DNA of 64,000 nucleotides from the NCBI RefSeq assembly GCF_030144855.1, contig NC_082707.1:88536001-88600000 (forward strand), read 5' to 3'. Below, piece by piece: positions 13,501 to 26,609 of the stretch (position 1 is its first letter; every line of letters starts with the position of its first letter). Source of the stretch: Hypanus sabinus (Eukaryota). The notes beneath the pieces were generated by a model that saw only the letters and a list, made by a program, of their open reading frames with translations, was not told the DNA's origin and made no database searches. The translations under genes were made by a program, and so were the position numbers.

Positions 13501-14054
13501 AATCGCTGCCTTATGCACTCATACACAGATGCTATATACATGATTAATTCAGTTTTGCTCGGTCCACCCATAGTTCATAAGCCTTGCCCGACAAATGTGA
13601 TCTGTGTTCTGTCCACCCTCTGCCCTCCTCCCATCATTTGTAGGATCGGTAGAATAGCAACCTAGAGTGTTGCTCAGCTTATCAACTTTATTCTCAGGGG
13701 AAAATGGAGCATGGCTGGGTCTAATTTGTTAATTTCTGGAGTGGTACATTCTGTTAGCAAGAGGTGCAGATGAGTGTTTCATATCATACACCTTAATCTA
13801 CAATCAAAGTCTCCATGTCTCTCCGGTTGCTTCTTTTAAACAAACCTGTTAGAGCTATAAGTAAACTCTCATATGTTGTTTCTAAAGGGGACCCAATCAT
13901 TTCCAATCAATCACCGAGCCCATTACCCAGTCTCCAAAACAGGGAATGTTGGCACATTTTCATTCAGAAATTGGTGTTCTCTGTCTGTAATCTGTTGTTC
14001 TCTCTCTTTTTTCAACAATTCTCATAATTCCAGCAGGTTCAAGAACTGAACCCG

Positions 14055-14510
14055 TTAAAAAGCAAGTCAAGATCACCTAAACACTAGTCCCCCCACCTAC
14101 ACGATATCCATATCCCTCTATTTTCCTTACATCCATTACCTATCCAAACATCTCTTAAAAGCCTTTAATGTATTTGCCTCTACCACTGTACCAGGCATCT
14201 GCCACTCACATCCCCTTTCAACCTACCCCCTCTCAGCTTCAGTACAGACCATTTGGTATTAGAGCATTTCTGCCATGGGAAACAGATACTCCCTGTCTAC
14301 TCTATTAATGCCTCTCACAATCTTAAAAACTTCTATCTGATCTGCCCTCAGGCCCTGGCACTCCAGAGAAAAGAATTCAAGTTTATCCAGTCTCTCAGGA
14401 CAGCATGTGCCCTCTAATCCAGGAAGCATCCTGGTAAATCTCTTCTGCACTCTCACCAGAGACTCAACATTCTCCCTATAGTGGGGCAACTGGAACTGTA
14501 TGCAATACCA
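14055..14510 (-). mobile_element. CR1 LINE 3' end
   Basis: YCIQFQLPHYRENVESLVRVQKRFTRMLPGL..QIEVFKIVRG. Confidence 0.85.
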
Positions 14511-15009
14511 TCTTGAGTCACTTAAACAGCTTTCCACTCAGCCCCCACACAGACACACTGGTGATCAGTGTACCATTCTGTGCACGAGAATGGCTGTGCT
14601 TCCTCCTTGCGATGATGTGGTTTCCGTTGGGTGCTCTAGATTCCTCCTTCATCAAGATGATTTGCTGGAATGGTAACCAAACACTAAATTGTCCCCTAGT
14701 GTGTGAGGGAGTCATAGTATCTGGGGAGGGGGTGGGGTTGGGGGGGCAGGAACTTTTAAAGTACATATATGTCAGCACAAACAACTCTGAGAATCATTTT
14801 CCTGCAGGCATACTCAGCAAATCTAAGGAATAGTAACTATAAAAGGATCAATGAAAGAATAGCCAGAGTGAAGAAGACAAGAACTGTGCAAATGTAAATA
14901 AATAGCAATAAATGACAAGGGCATGAGATAGAATCCATAAAGTGAGATCGTTGGATGTGGGAACATCTCAATGGATGGGCAAGTGAGTGTGGTTATCCCC
15001 TTTTGTTCA

Positions 15010-16500
15010 AGAGCCTGATGGTTGAGGCTGAATGGCCTGTTTCGGTGCTGTATCTCCTATCTTCTCATTGAACTCAGTACAGTGTTCATTCCTTTGGAGT
15101 TGTAAAGCACCTGCTTTACCATATGGTCCTTTCTCTCCAAATCCTGAGCTCTGCAGCTGATAGGGAATTTGGTACTTCTGTTGAACTATTGAACTGCCAG
15201 TTCTGCATCCAATTCTCACTACCGGCCGCAATATCATAACTCCAGGTGTTGATCCATGCTCTGAGCTTACCCACCTGTTCTGAAATTGAAATATACATAT
15301 CTCAGGACACAAGGTGCACCATGCTCAACCTTTTGATTCCTGACTTTGTCTCCGGTCTTATCAACATCTGTCTCCCAACCTCTCCACTAACTGTTCTGGC
15401 ACTCTGTTCCCATCTCCCTGAAACTCTAGTTTAAACCTTCCTACTAGGATATTAGTGCCCCTCTGGTTCAGGTGCAAACTGTTCATTCTCTACGGGTCCC
15501 CCCATCCCTGGAAGAAAGCCCGGTGATCCAAAAATTTTATGCCCTCTCTACTACATCAGCTCGTTTGTCCCATATTCAACTGTACAATCTTCCTAGTTCT
15601 AGCCTCACTAGCACGTGTACAGGTAGCGATTCTGTGATCACAGTCATCAAGGTCTTGCCCTTTAAGCTAGCACCTAACATCCTGAACTCTGTACGCAGAA
15701 CCTCATCGATTGTCCCAGTTATGTTATTGGTACCTATGTGGACCACATCCTCTGGGTGTTAATACTCCAACTTAAGAATGCTGTAGATGCTACCCAAGAT
15801 ATACTGGACCCTGGCTCCTGGGAGGCAACATAACATTCTGGAATCTCGTTCTTATCAACAGAGCTTCCTGTCTGTTCCCTTAACTAACGAATCCCCTACT
15901 ACCACAGCGTACTTCTTCCCCCCTTTTCCCTTTTGAGGTTGACTCAAAACCAGAGACAGAACTGCTGAGATTTTCCTCTGTTAAGTCATTCCCCCCCCAC
16001 ACACAATATTCAAAGAAGTAAACTGTTGTTGAGAGTATGGCCACAGGGGTACCCTGCACTGGCTCCTGAACCCAATGCCCCATCCTAATTGTCACCCAGT
16101 TTCCTGTGCCAAGCACCTTGGGTATAACTGCTTCTCTATATGTCCCATCTATCATCCCTTCAGCTCCTGATGATCTGTAGTTCACCCAGTTCCAGCTCTA
16201 ACTCCATAACACAGATTTTTAGTAGCTGCAGCTAAATGCACTTGAGGCCATTGTCATAGTCAGGGACACTGGAAATTTCCTTGCTTTCCCACTTCCTGCA
16301 GGAAAAGCATTCAACAATCTGCCTGTTATCTCTACTGTCCAAACTGAGCAGATGTAAAGAAGGGAAGGAAATATAACTTTACCTAGAGCTTATCCTTTTT
16401 GCCTTCTCTGACTAAAGCCTTTCTTCACTGAAGCCTGGAAGATTTCTCTAATTCTGTCCACTCCAAAAATGACTGCTGCACATGCTCCTGCGTTCTTTTA
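15010..16500 (-). mobile_element. CR1 LINE ORF1/ORF2 remnants
   Basis: LRAWINTWSYDI; ORF1 YREAVIPK..WVTIR..QGTPVAI. Confidence 0.75.
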
Positions 16501-16819
16501 ATTTGCTACTGCTAATCAATGCCAAACACTGATTGGTCGTTGGTCAGAGCTCAGATAAACTGCTGGGATCCACTGCTGCCTTTTTCTACTCAGTTGTTGG
16601 ACCTGAGTGAAATCCCCTCCTCTCAAACTTCTGATGTCCAAGTTCCCAAATGCCAAATGATCGCTGGTCAGAGCTCCAAGATGTAGGTAATATATCAATT
16701 GTCAATGAGGTCGAACGAGACAGGGGGCAACAAATACTTTTGTTGATTTTCATGTTTTGGATAAACCATCGATGGAGGTAATAGTAATGATTTTAATAGT
16801 GTTATTGGGGAATGTATCT

Positions 16820-17714
16820 GTCTTTTGACATGTAATCAGTGAAGGTGCTTTGGACATCTACGACAGCTTTCAAATTGATGGACAGCCTTTACAATGGACA
16901 TTGATGACAAAATTTAAGGAGCATTTTTTCCCAAGTAAAAAGCATCATGTTCTTTTCCTGTGAACGGAAGCAAGGTGTCGGCTTTGACCAATACTTAGTT
17001 GAGCTTCACACACTGAGTAAGTCCCATGAGTTTGGAGATTTGAGAGAATCATTAGTTTATGACAAAATAGTTTGTGGAATCACATTTCAGTTTGAACTTG
17101 TGCAAAGACTCACTGATCACATGGATGTAGTCCAAAGCTCCATTATGAGGCAAAGGAAGCAATTATGGTCTCACAGCAGAAACAAGAAAAGGAACAAAAG
17201 ATAGGATCTTGGCAAAGGGATGTGAAAGAAATGAACTCGTAAATCAGAGTTCTCAAAAAGACACTGGTATTAATGCCACAAGTCAAAGCAAGACAGTTGT
17301 AGAAACAAAGAGCATTCCAGAAGGGATTATTAAGCCACCATAGAGATGGATTGAGTGTGATTGAGTAATTGTAGGATTGCATATTCTCTTTGCAATTGAA
17401 GGCTATGTTAATATCTTCAATGGAAGACATTATTGTGTCTTGCAGTTTTGTGAGGGCATACTATCGTGTTTGTTTTCTTTAAAGGAAAAAGATGTGTTAT
17501 TATGTGTGCACATAATAGGGAACTTCAGTTCCCAGTGTGCAATGCAGGTTGTTCACCTGGAACTAGATGTGACTCTGGTGAATGGATGATAGACTCTCTT
17601 GGTGGGCTGGAGGGTCCAGAGTAAAATATGGTCGAGTTGAAGCCATTCTGTAAATAAACAATGTTTTAATTTTTTACCTACGCAAGTTTGTCTTTATTAA
17701 GAACAATCATAACA
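16820..17714 (+). mobile_element. internally deleted Gypsy element: gag remnant, PPT and 3' LTR (17495-17714)
   Basis: FDQYLVELHTLSKSHEFGDLRESLVYDKIVCGI (gag); PPT aaaggaaaaaga; LTR termini tgttat...ataaca with an internal aataaa. Same family as 43222-43766. Confidence 0.7.
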
Positions 17715-18379
17715 ATAATCACCAATATTTTAGATCCATTTCAGAGTTATCAGAGAACTTCTGCAAGTGAGAAGACTCAGACTTGTACTGAAAGTCTGAT
17801 GTGTACAGTATGAACAGAAATAGAGACAGGAAAGTGTCATGGTCCCTTCTGGCAATCCCCCACCTGGCTATTTACATCAGGAATTGGGCCTCAAATCCCT
17901 CGTTTAGTTTCCAATCATTCTCAGGTTCCACTAACTACACACACCTTCCTTCCATCGGCAAATGCAGGATAAAAACCCTGTAATCACAACAAGGAGATGC
18001 CAGTTCCTTGGTTGACGCCGGTGTGAGTAACTTTGTTTCATGGTTCTTAGAACTACTGGTTCTAAGTCTAGCATTGCTCTTGCATACTGATTCCACGCTT
18101 GCTACAGCAAGAAAGCCTCCTGACTCTGCCTCTGCGCCTTTGTTTTTCACTTGTGTTTGTCCGCTGCCTTGCTCATGTAACAGAAAGTCCCTTGTGGCAG
18201 TCCATTGCCATTCACCACCAACTCAGACGGAGAAATCTTCTAAACTCCAGTTAGTACAAGCACAGAGAAATATAACACTCTTCATATGCTAAGCATTTCA
18301 TGCCTAGAATCATTCATGTGAAAGTCCTGTGGACTGTCTGCAATGCTGCATATCCTTTCTTGGTTGTGGGAGTGAGCAC

Positions 18380-19670
18380 AAGATTTTAAAAGTGAGCAGG
18401 GCCTACCAGACCCATTGAGTGAGCTTTAGATATCACAGTCCATTAGGTAGAAAGGCCATTGTGTGAATGTACAGAATTAGATGAGTGAGCTGAAAGCTTT
18501 GACTCAATGGGCTTAGGCAAGAAACAGCAGAGGGCAAGACAAGTTTCTACTGTGTTCCTTTTTTTCTTTGTCTATTAGTGTCTAGTTACAGTAATGAAAA
18601 TGGATCCAGACTCAGGTATGTTCATCATGGCAGATGTAGGATATCTGGTTGATAACTATTTGCCTACATCCAACTTGAACTCCTTACAGACCACGAGAAC
18701 TGGAGCTACAGTTGGATTACCTATGACTCAGTCTGGAGAATGAGAATGTGATGGACAGAAGCTACAGAAAGGGAGTTGTTCCTAAGTTGCAGGAGGAAGG
18801 TACCTGAGTGACATCAGACAAGGAAATAGGCAGATAGAGCAGAGTACACCTGTGGCCATTCCCTTCCAGTAACAGGTATAATGCTTTAGACATTGCTTTG
18901 GTGGTGACCTTCTGGGGGGAGGTCACAGCAACTGGGTCTCTGACACTGAGCCTGGCTCCGCAACTTAGAAAGGAAGGAAGGAGAAGAAGTGAGCAGTTGT
19001 AATAGGGTTTCCAATAGTTCAAAGAGCAGGTAGCAAAATTGTGGATCATTGGGATGTCTTCTGGGGAGGGAATGACCTGAACAAAAAGGACGAGTTACAC
19101 CTGAACTCAAGGGGAACCAGTATCCTTGTGGGCAGGTTGTCAGGAGTATGGTAACTAGAATCAATACTGGATATTCAGGGTCTATACAATATGTTTGAAA
19201 AGGACAGGGAGGGAAGTTAAAGGGGTGGTTTGCAGCATTGTTAATCAACGATAGTATCACAACTGAAGAAACCGTCTCCTGAGCCTGTGTGGGTGGAAGA
19301 CACAAACAGGAAAGGGGCAATCACTTTTTTGGGGTTAGGCAGAGAGGGCATCAGAATGGAGTTGAGGGGGATAATAAATCGGCCATGATTGAATGGAGTG
19401 CAGGCTCGATGGGCCGAATAACCTGATTCTTATTCTATATCTTATGGTCTTATTTTATGGATTCTGCAAACCAACAGAGGCACAGTGGAATAGATTGGGA
19501 TGCAAATTTTGGAAAGATGTAAAATTTTGAAACGCTTATTGTTATGTATCTTTCCTGATATTGACTGGCATCTTTTTTATACAAAAGGATTAGATGGGGT
19601 GCAATTTGTCAGAAGGATCCCTGATGAACTACGTGGAGAAGAGGGGAGGCCATACTAGATCTGGTGCTAG
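18380..19670 (+). mobile_element. degraded CR1 LINE 5' region with a CR1 3'-tail insertion
   Basis: ORF1-like ESTPVAIP..NRY segment, followed by endonuclease remnants. Confidence 0.65.
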
Positions 19671-20285
19671 TGTGATGGCATTGGGTTCACTATCTGTTAG
19701 GCCCTAAATGACACATTTAAATTCAGACAAATAGTTCTTACACAGATTTAAATGTGATTCACTCACCACATTATCATTCAGATTATTCATATAGATCACG
19801 AGCAACAACAGACCCAGCACAAATCCCTGTGGCATTCCATCAGTCACAGGTCTCCAATCGGACAGGCAACCACCTCCTACCACTCTGTGGCTTCTCGGAC
19901 AAAGGCCATTTCTAATCCAATGTACGACCTCATCCTGAATGTCATGTGACTGAACCTTCCTGACCAAACTCCCATGAGGGGCCTTGCCAAATGCCTTGAT
20001 AAAATACATGTTGTCAACATCCACTTCCACATTCACTTGTCTTCATCAACTTTCCTGGTAACTTCCTTGAAAAACTCAATAAGATTGGTTAGACACGATC
20101 TAACATGCACAAAGCCATGCCAACTATCCCTGCTCTGTCCCTGTATATCCAAATATATGCTGTCCCTTAGAATACATTCCAAAAATGTTCCCATGACTGA
20201 TGTCAGGCTCATTGGCCTATAATTCCAGGTGTTGATCCATGCCTGCTCATCTATCTTCTCTACGATACTTATTGCATTGAAATAT
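19488..20285. repeat. high-identity duplicate of 43767-44978
   Basis: Nearly identical sequence with the same chimeric junctions; this copy lacks ~430 nt (44031-44456). Confidence 0.9.
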
Positions 20286-21599
20286 TCCCAAAGTTCTCTA
20301 TTTTATGAACATTCTTGATCACAAGTAGTCCGTGGATAATAACAGTGCAAATTTAAATTAAAACCAGCTTTGATTAATTTGTTGCAGTGCAAACAAAGCA
20401 TGCAAAGCAGAGAGTGGATGAGGGATACAGCCTGTTCAAACCTGCACACTTCAAACTTGCATGGAAATGATTCAAAGGCCAAATAATATTTACTTGAGAC
20501 ACTGATCCTTTTCAGTTCCACGTACGAGAACATCACTGGTGTCAACACCAAAGCAGATTCTTCTCTGAAATTGTTGTGTTCACTTTAGAGTCACTAAGGC
20601 TGAAATGTATCTCATCAGAACATAAGGCCATGCATTCTCTTGACATCTTTTATTTCTATATTGTGTTTCCTTTGGAATTATATGGTGGTTCTCTTCTCAT
20701 TTTAGGAAAATATATTCTGTCACATCCATGCCTTTTTCATACTGGAGAGGGATCCATAGAAAAATATACCTTAGACATCGCTTTGGTTTTGGTTGGTATT
20801 GCTTTCTTGTTTAAAGTATTAAAGAAATCAGAATGGTCAGGAGTCCTGAAATTATATTGATCTATGTTGAAAAAGAGAAATAGCAAACAAAAATCATGCA
20901 ACGAAGCAAGTTTTGGAACTATGGACACTGGTTTCCTCACTTGTGAAAAACTGTGCTGGAAACTAATGCGGTGCAGGATTTCAGCAGGCCAAGCAGCATC
21001 AATGGAAAAGAGAAGACAGTCACTGTTTCAGGCTGAGCTTCTTCATCAGGAAAACATCGACTGTTCAGTCATTTCCATAGATACTGCCTGACCTGCTGAG
21101 TTCCTCCAGCATTTTGTGTGTTTCTTGGATTTCCAGCATTGGCAGATTTTCTCTCGTTTGTGCAGTGCAGTATTTTCTGCTTTCCCTATTTTACTGTCCA
21201 GTTTGACCTGATGAGGGTCTCTCTGCAAGATACTGCGTATTTTCCATTTTATCTCTGCTCTTCGTTACATGTGCATCACAGTTGAAGCCAGAAATGAAAG
21301 CAGATTTCCTGGTTTACTTGCATTTCTTCTATGGGAGTAGGATCAGATTTGAAATACCCTGCAGATAACCTTTATTCAAACAATGAAATGTTTGAAATTA
21401 TTTGAAAAGTGATTATTATTTACATCTGATCTGTCTGGAGGAGGGCAAATGTTATGAGGTGAATGGGGACGGGAGGGGGTAACACAATACGGGAGTATTG
21501 AGACACAATTTACAATTGTTACTGAAAATGCCCGGCAAGTCGAACAGCATCTGTGGTGCGAGAAACAGAGATCATTCGGATGTCACAGCAGCAAATCTA

Positions 21600-21910
21600 T
21601 TCGAGCAGCTGTCTCACAGCTTTGGCGAATGAACATTGGGTGTTGTTTGTGTGGAGTTTGCATGCTCTCACTGTGAATTTGTGAATCTCCTCTGGGTTCT
21701 CCATTTTCTTCCATATTCCATAAAACATGTGGGTTGTTTAGTTAATTGGCTGCAATTAATTGCTCCAAATGTCTAAGTGAGTGGTAATAATTGACAGGAG
21801 TGTGAGGGGTGAGGGATTAAGTTTTAATTAGTTTAGAATCAGTGGAAATGAGTGCTTGATAATCAATGTGAACTTGGTGGGCTGAAGGACATGTTTCCAA
21901 CTGCATAACT
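21600..21910 (+). mobile_element. degenerate V-SINE (HE1-like)
   Basis: V-domain-like tgtgtggagtttgcatgctctc and CR1-type tail gggctgaaggacatgtttcc. Confidence 0.6.
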
Positions 21911-22944
21911 CCCTACTGGCCAGAAAGATACTAGTGGAAAAGGCCTCTCTCTGCAGCAGCTTCATCATTCTCTCTCAAAGTTGTCCTGGTCCACAATTCC
22001 ACTTCCTCTATCAGCACATTCAGTGATTCCTTTCTTCCTTCATCTTTGTCATCAAAATTCACAACAGTTCAGGGATCCTAATTCACTTCAGGCCATTTGT
22101 TCTGTTGTGTTTACACTGGCAGAATATCACCACAGTTCTTAGTTTCACTTTCCAATGTTTCTCATATCAATAAATTCCAAGACTTGCATAGTGTTGAATT
22201 CTTCTACCACAACACCAACAGTATTTCAACATTCTGTATACATTTTACAAACTCCAGCACCTTTTTTTTTCATTCCTTCTGGCATTATCCTTTGCAGATC
22301 TATTCAATACTGACCACCTCAGCAATATTGGTACATTCTCTGACTAAGCTCTCTTAATTCAATGTTAAACACTGATCAGAGAAACATTCCTACTCAGAAG
22401 ATGAGTTTTGAGCTGATGGAGGGCTTTGCAAAAGATCAATCCCAACATCATCGTCAAACCTGCTGTGATTTTGGTCTTGGTGTTGTTTGCTGAGATTACT
22501 TTGGTCTCAAAGAAGCTGAATGGTAGCTCTGAGACATCACTGCACACCTCCTCTGGGTCATTACCCATGCAGTAAGTATTTGACCATTGTCACTGATCTA
22601 ATTTCTTGAGATCTTTCCTCCACAGCGTCATGACTCCCTAACTGTGCCCAGCCCAGTACATTGTAGTTTCTAGTGAAGCCCAATAATTAGCTAAAAAAAC
22701 AAAGAAACACACTGCCATTGGTTGATTAGTCATATTATAGTAGTTACATGAACAAAGTCACCAGAGAGAAGTACTGTAGCGAGGAAGTGGCCTCTTTGCT
22801 CAACAATTTGAGATACAGCCAGCATCAGATGGAGACCCTTTCAGTGGGAAAATTGTTGCTTGACCCAGCACTATCCAACATTTGTATGTGCTAAAGATCA
22901 AAGAAAAATTCAGGATGGTTCAAATAAATCCATATTTACAATGC

Positions 22945-23050
22945 AAACATGAGGAAATCTGCAGATGCTGGAAATTCAAACAGCACACACAAAATGCTGG
23001 TAGAACACAGCAGGCTAGGCAGCATCTATAAGGAGAAGTACTGTCGACGT
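22945..23050 (-). mobile_element. Penelope-derived terminal fragment, absent from the paralogous site near 3635
   Basis: Matches 47861-47965; truncated at gtcgacgt inside the hammerhead motif. Confidence 0.7.
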
Positions 23051-23364
23051 GTAACTCTGAATTAAAATTGCAGCTCAACAGTTTTGCCAGTTTGGGGCAT
23101 TTATGATGAAAGGTCATCAGTCCATCAGTCCATAACACTAACTCAGGTTCCTCTCTCTACACTGCTGCCATACACACAGGGTATTTCCAACATTCTCCTT
23201 CCTGTCAGATTTCCAGTAAATGTGGTGTTCTGTGTCTCCTTGTTCCTACACTGTCTTTCCCCCTCCCCATCCTCTCTCCTCTCCTTCTATTCACACGTCC
23301 TCACAGAGATCCTCACCAGTACCAATACCAATTAAGATAAATGTGTAAAAGATAACATTCTTAC

Positions 23365-23640
23365 CTCGTAAATGATAGTGAGTTAACGAGTAGTGTGTAT
23401 TCAATATGAGCCCCATTTTATACTGACACATTTCTACAAGTAGGTTAGTAAAATTTATATCATCCCAATAAACAAATACCAGAGGATTTACACATTCCGT
23501 TGCTTCCATTACTGAATATCCTAGTTCCATTCCCATTGCTTCAACGTCTGAGAAGTTAACTACATGCACTCTTCTTCCAACAACTCTGGAGAAAGTGTCC
23601 ATTAAGTTTCTTTTATCTTTTCCATGGAGAACATTGTCTC
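23365..23640 (-). pseudogene. exon A of an unidentified antisense fossil gene (5' truncated)
   Basis: Stop-free for ~92 codons (DNVLHGKDKRNLMDTFSRVVGRRVHVVNF...THYHLR). Ends at a consensus donor GAG|GTAAGA, phase 1. Confidence 0.5.
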
Positions 23641-25407
23641 AGAATCAGAATCAGCCAGGTTTGTTATCACTGCCTTGTATAATGGGAAATTTGGGTTTTG
23701 TTTATCAGCATTGTACAGAACATAAAATGACTGTAAATTGCAAAAGAAATGAATAGAGTGAAGTAAAGAAATATTGAGGTAATGTTGATGGGTTTCATAA
23801 TGTAGGGAAGAAGTTTCATTGACTGTGGGACTTTAGGCTCCTGTACATTTTCTATAGCTGGTTGGTCAATGGTGTTCAGCCTGTATTATACCATATCTAC
23901 CATTGTAATCACGTGCTGCCGACTCTCGGTACTCTTGTGGTTCCCATTTTACTTTCCTCTTAAGGAAGGCCTTTCTTTCCAGTCAGCTTATTGATTCTAA
24001 TAATCTAAGAAAAGTAATGCATAAGTTTCCCAACCTATCTCCCAAAAGTACCAATTTCAAATTCTTAATTTGGGTATGCATTCATCAGCAAACTTTTCCA
24101 AAATTTATTATGATTGACATATACTGTGAAATTTGTTTTGTGGCAGCAGTACAGTGCAAGATATCTAATAGTAGAGGGAAAAAAAATATTCTTAATACGT
24201 TGATTTTGGGTCTTCAGACTCTTGTATCTCATTTATCCCCAAAGGTAATAATAAGATAATAATAAGATGGTGAGGGTACTTAGTGCTAAAGTGGACTTAC
24301 AATTGTCTGCATTATGGGAAGCAGAAGGATTGCTTCTCTGAGTAGTTGTGTATGAAAAGGATCACGTCTGGGACTTCTGCTGATTAACAAGAATGACTTT
24401 GATGTGACTATCGGATCAACATTATGAGTCGTAAGTTTGGAGTGGTCAGTGATGTCAGTGATACTGAGGGGGGTTGTCTGAGCTACAGCAAGTTGTAGAT
24501 CAGTTGGAAAGTTGGCAGCTAGAATTCAGTCCTGAAACATTCAAGTGATGCACTTAAAGATAAAGATTAATTTGTCACATAGAAGCATACAGTGAAATCA
24601 TTGGTTCAATTGTAATTAATTATATTTGTGTAGGGGACACCTACAAAGGTTGCCACATTTCTGGGACCAACATACCATGCTCACAACTCACTGACCCTTG
24701 CCCTAAATGGTCATGGGGAGAGCGTACAAATTTCTTACAGACAGCAGCGAGATTTAAACTCTAATTGATGATTGCAGGAAACTCATCCTTCAGTGGCCAA
24801 AGGTGACACATGCATTGCATCATGGTTCTCACTTCAGCCTTGTGCCTCAGGTGAGTTTGTTTGTACTTTCCAACTCAAACTGGTTCAAGTGACATCAGCC
24901 ATACACGTGGTCTGGACAATCAGATCACAGGCTGCCTGCTGTTTCCTTCTGCAATGCTACCACTTTACATAATAAATGGCTTCTTATCTGGGAATGGACT
25001 CAGGTTTTGCATATTATTAGCAGAAACTCCTTGAGTCCATGTTCATTTGCTCTGCTTAAACTCTCCCTGAGAAAATAAAAATGTCACTAAATAATTCAGA
25101 AATTTGTGGCCGCAAGGATAAACTTACAAAATGGCTGCTTCCATTCCTGAAGCAACTTGGCAAGAAGAAAAACATTTTCTTTGTCTGTTTCCACCATTCT
25201 TGCTTCATTCCTGTTCACTGATTTGTAGATCTCTTTGGCCAACAGTAAACCATGTGGTCTTATACAAAGATATGACAAAGATAGTGTTTCAGTGATTATA
25301 AAGAACCATCTTTAGCTTCAGGAAGAGAAACAGATGGAGAAATGATAATTAGAAATAAAGGGAATTAATATAATGATTTTAAATTTTTCTTGTGACTCAT
25401 ACTACAG

Positions 25408-25855
25408 GTAAATCCAAAAATGGAGCAGTATTAGGCATGTACTTGCAGATGGCTGCAGGTTACCATTGATCTGGAAATATGGAGGCATCTAACTGAAAAC
25501 TGACATTATATCAATGAGGTCTAAGCAGTTTGCTAACTTTAACTGGCTCAAATGTTTTCAGTAATGAACCAATGGGTTTCCAGCAGAAGCACCATACCTT
25601 TTTGTGAAATTGTATGGAAGATTTTGTGACCAATTCTATTGGGCATGTTTGGGGCCAGCAAGGTACTTGACTGATTTCCCGTGTGCTGAAGAGATAATGC
25701 AATACTAGTAAACTAGCCACATTCATCAGCAAGGAATGCAATGGCATCTCTATATGGATCACAAATCATTTCTATCCAGACAATATATAAAATGAGAGAG
25801 GTACTTTACTTTTTTTAATTAAAGTTTAATTCAATCCAGCAATAGTACAGCATAA
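25408..25855 (+). pseudogene. A4GNT-like pseudogene, exon 2 (copy 2)
   Basis: actacag|GTAAATCCA is homologous to 9681. TGG>TAG at codon 9, further stops and frameshifts, and a ~150-nt deletion covering the APWKK..HCPN region. Upstream 24105-25407 is paralogous to intron 8360-9680. Confidence 0.9.
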
Positions 25856-26609
25856 CTTTGGACCTGACATTGCACAATGAGTGACATAATTAAATTAACA
25901 GATTTTCCACACTTACTGTCTAAAACTACATATAATTCTTTTATCCACAATTGCAATCTAGAATGCATTCATTATGAAACTCGGAATTCTGACCAATGCC
26001 TCAATCTGTTCCAATACCCTCTCTTCAACGTAATTGCCATCAAAATCGAAATCCAATTTCCGATCTCAGGTTTATGTGCTGTAACTTGACAATGAGTGTA
26101 TTGCTAGTGACCATGAAGCAGTTGATCCACAGTCAATTCACTGTAGAACAACAAAGCAGCAAGATTTGCCAAGCCTTTCAGGTGACAAATGTTTAATATT
26201 TTTGTATTTGGAAGAATGATTATTCTGCATTATTAGAGAATGGCCAATTTCAGAGGAAATTGTCAATGAGTAATTTACCTAATTCAAGGAATGATATTTA
26301 AAGATGAGTTAACAAGGCAAATGAGATTATTTCTGTGCAAAGGAAAATATCGATGCTGAGGAAATTTCTGGTAAAACTGAGTTGACTCTTGGATGCAGGG
26401 AAATGACTGAAAAGCATGAGTACCATATAGGCTTACAGTTCACTTTGTACTGCACAAGAAGCTCCAGCTATGATTGTATATCAGTGACTGTCACACAGAT
26501 GCTTTTGAGATCTTCATTTGATAATAGCGGACAATGGAATGGGGAATCTATAATGAATCTAATCTGTCAAATGTCAATTCAGTTTGTTGGCCTCAGCAAA
26601 TCACCTTCA

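Larger units (their letters stand above)
20285..25900 (+). repeat. segmental (tandem) duplicate of 2010-10330
   Basis: Collinear blocks: 2010-2345~20285-20625; 3010-3918~22160-23319; 8095-8114~23316-23335; 8125-8290~23795-23980; 8360-10330~24105-25900. Confidence 0.9.

Noticed and set aside
17790-18310. Non-repetitive-looking segment with short ORFs
   Set aside because: I could not assign a consistent frame or family.
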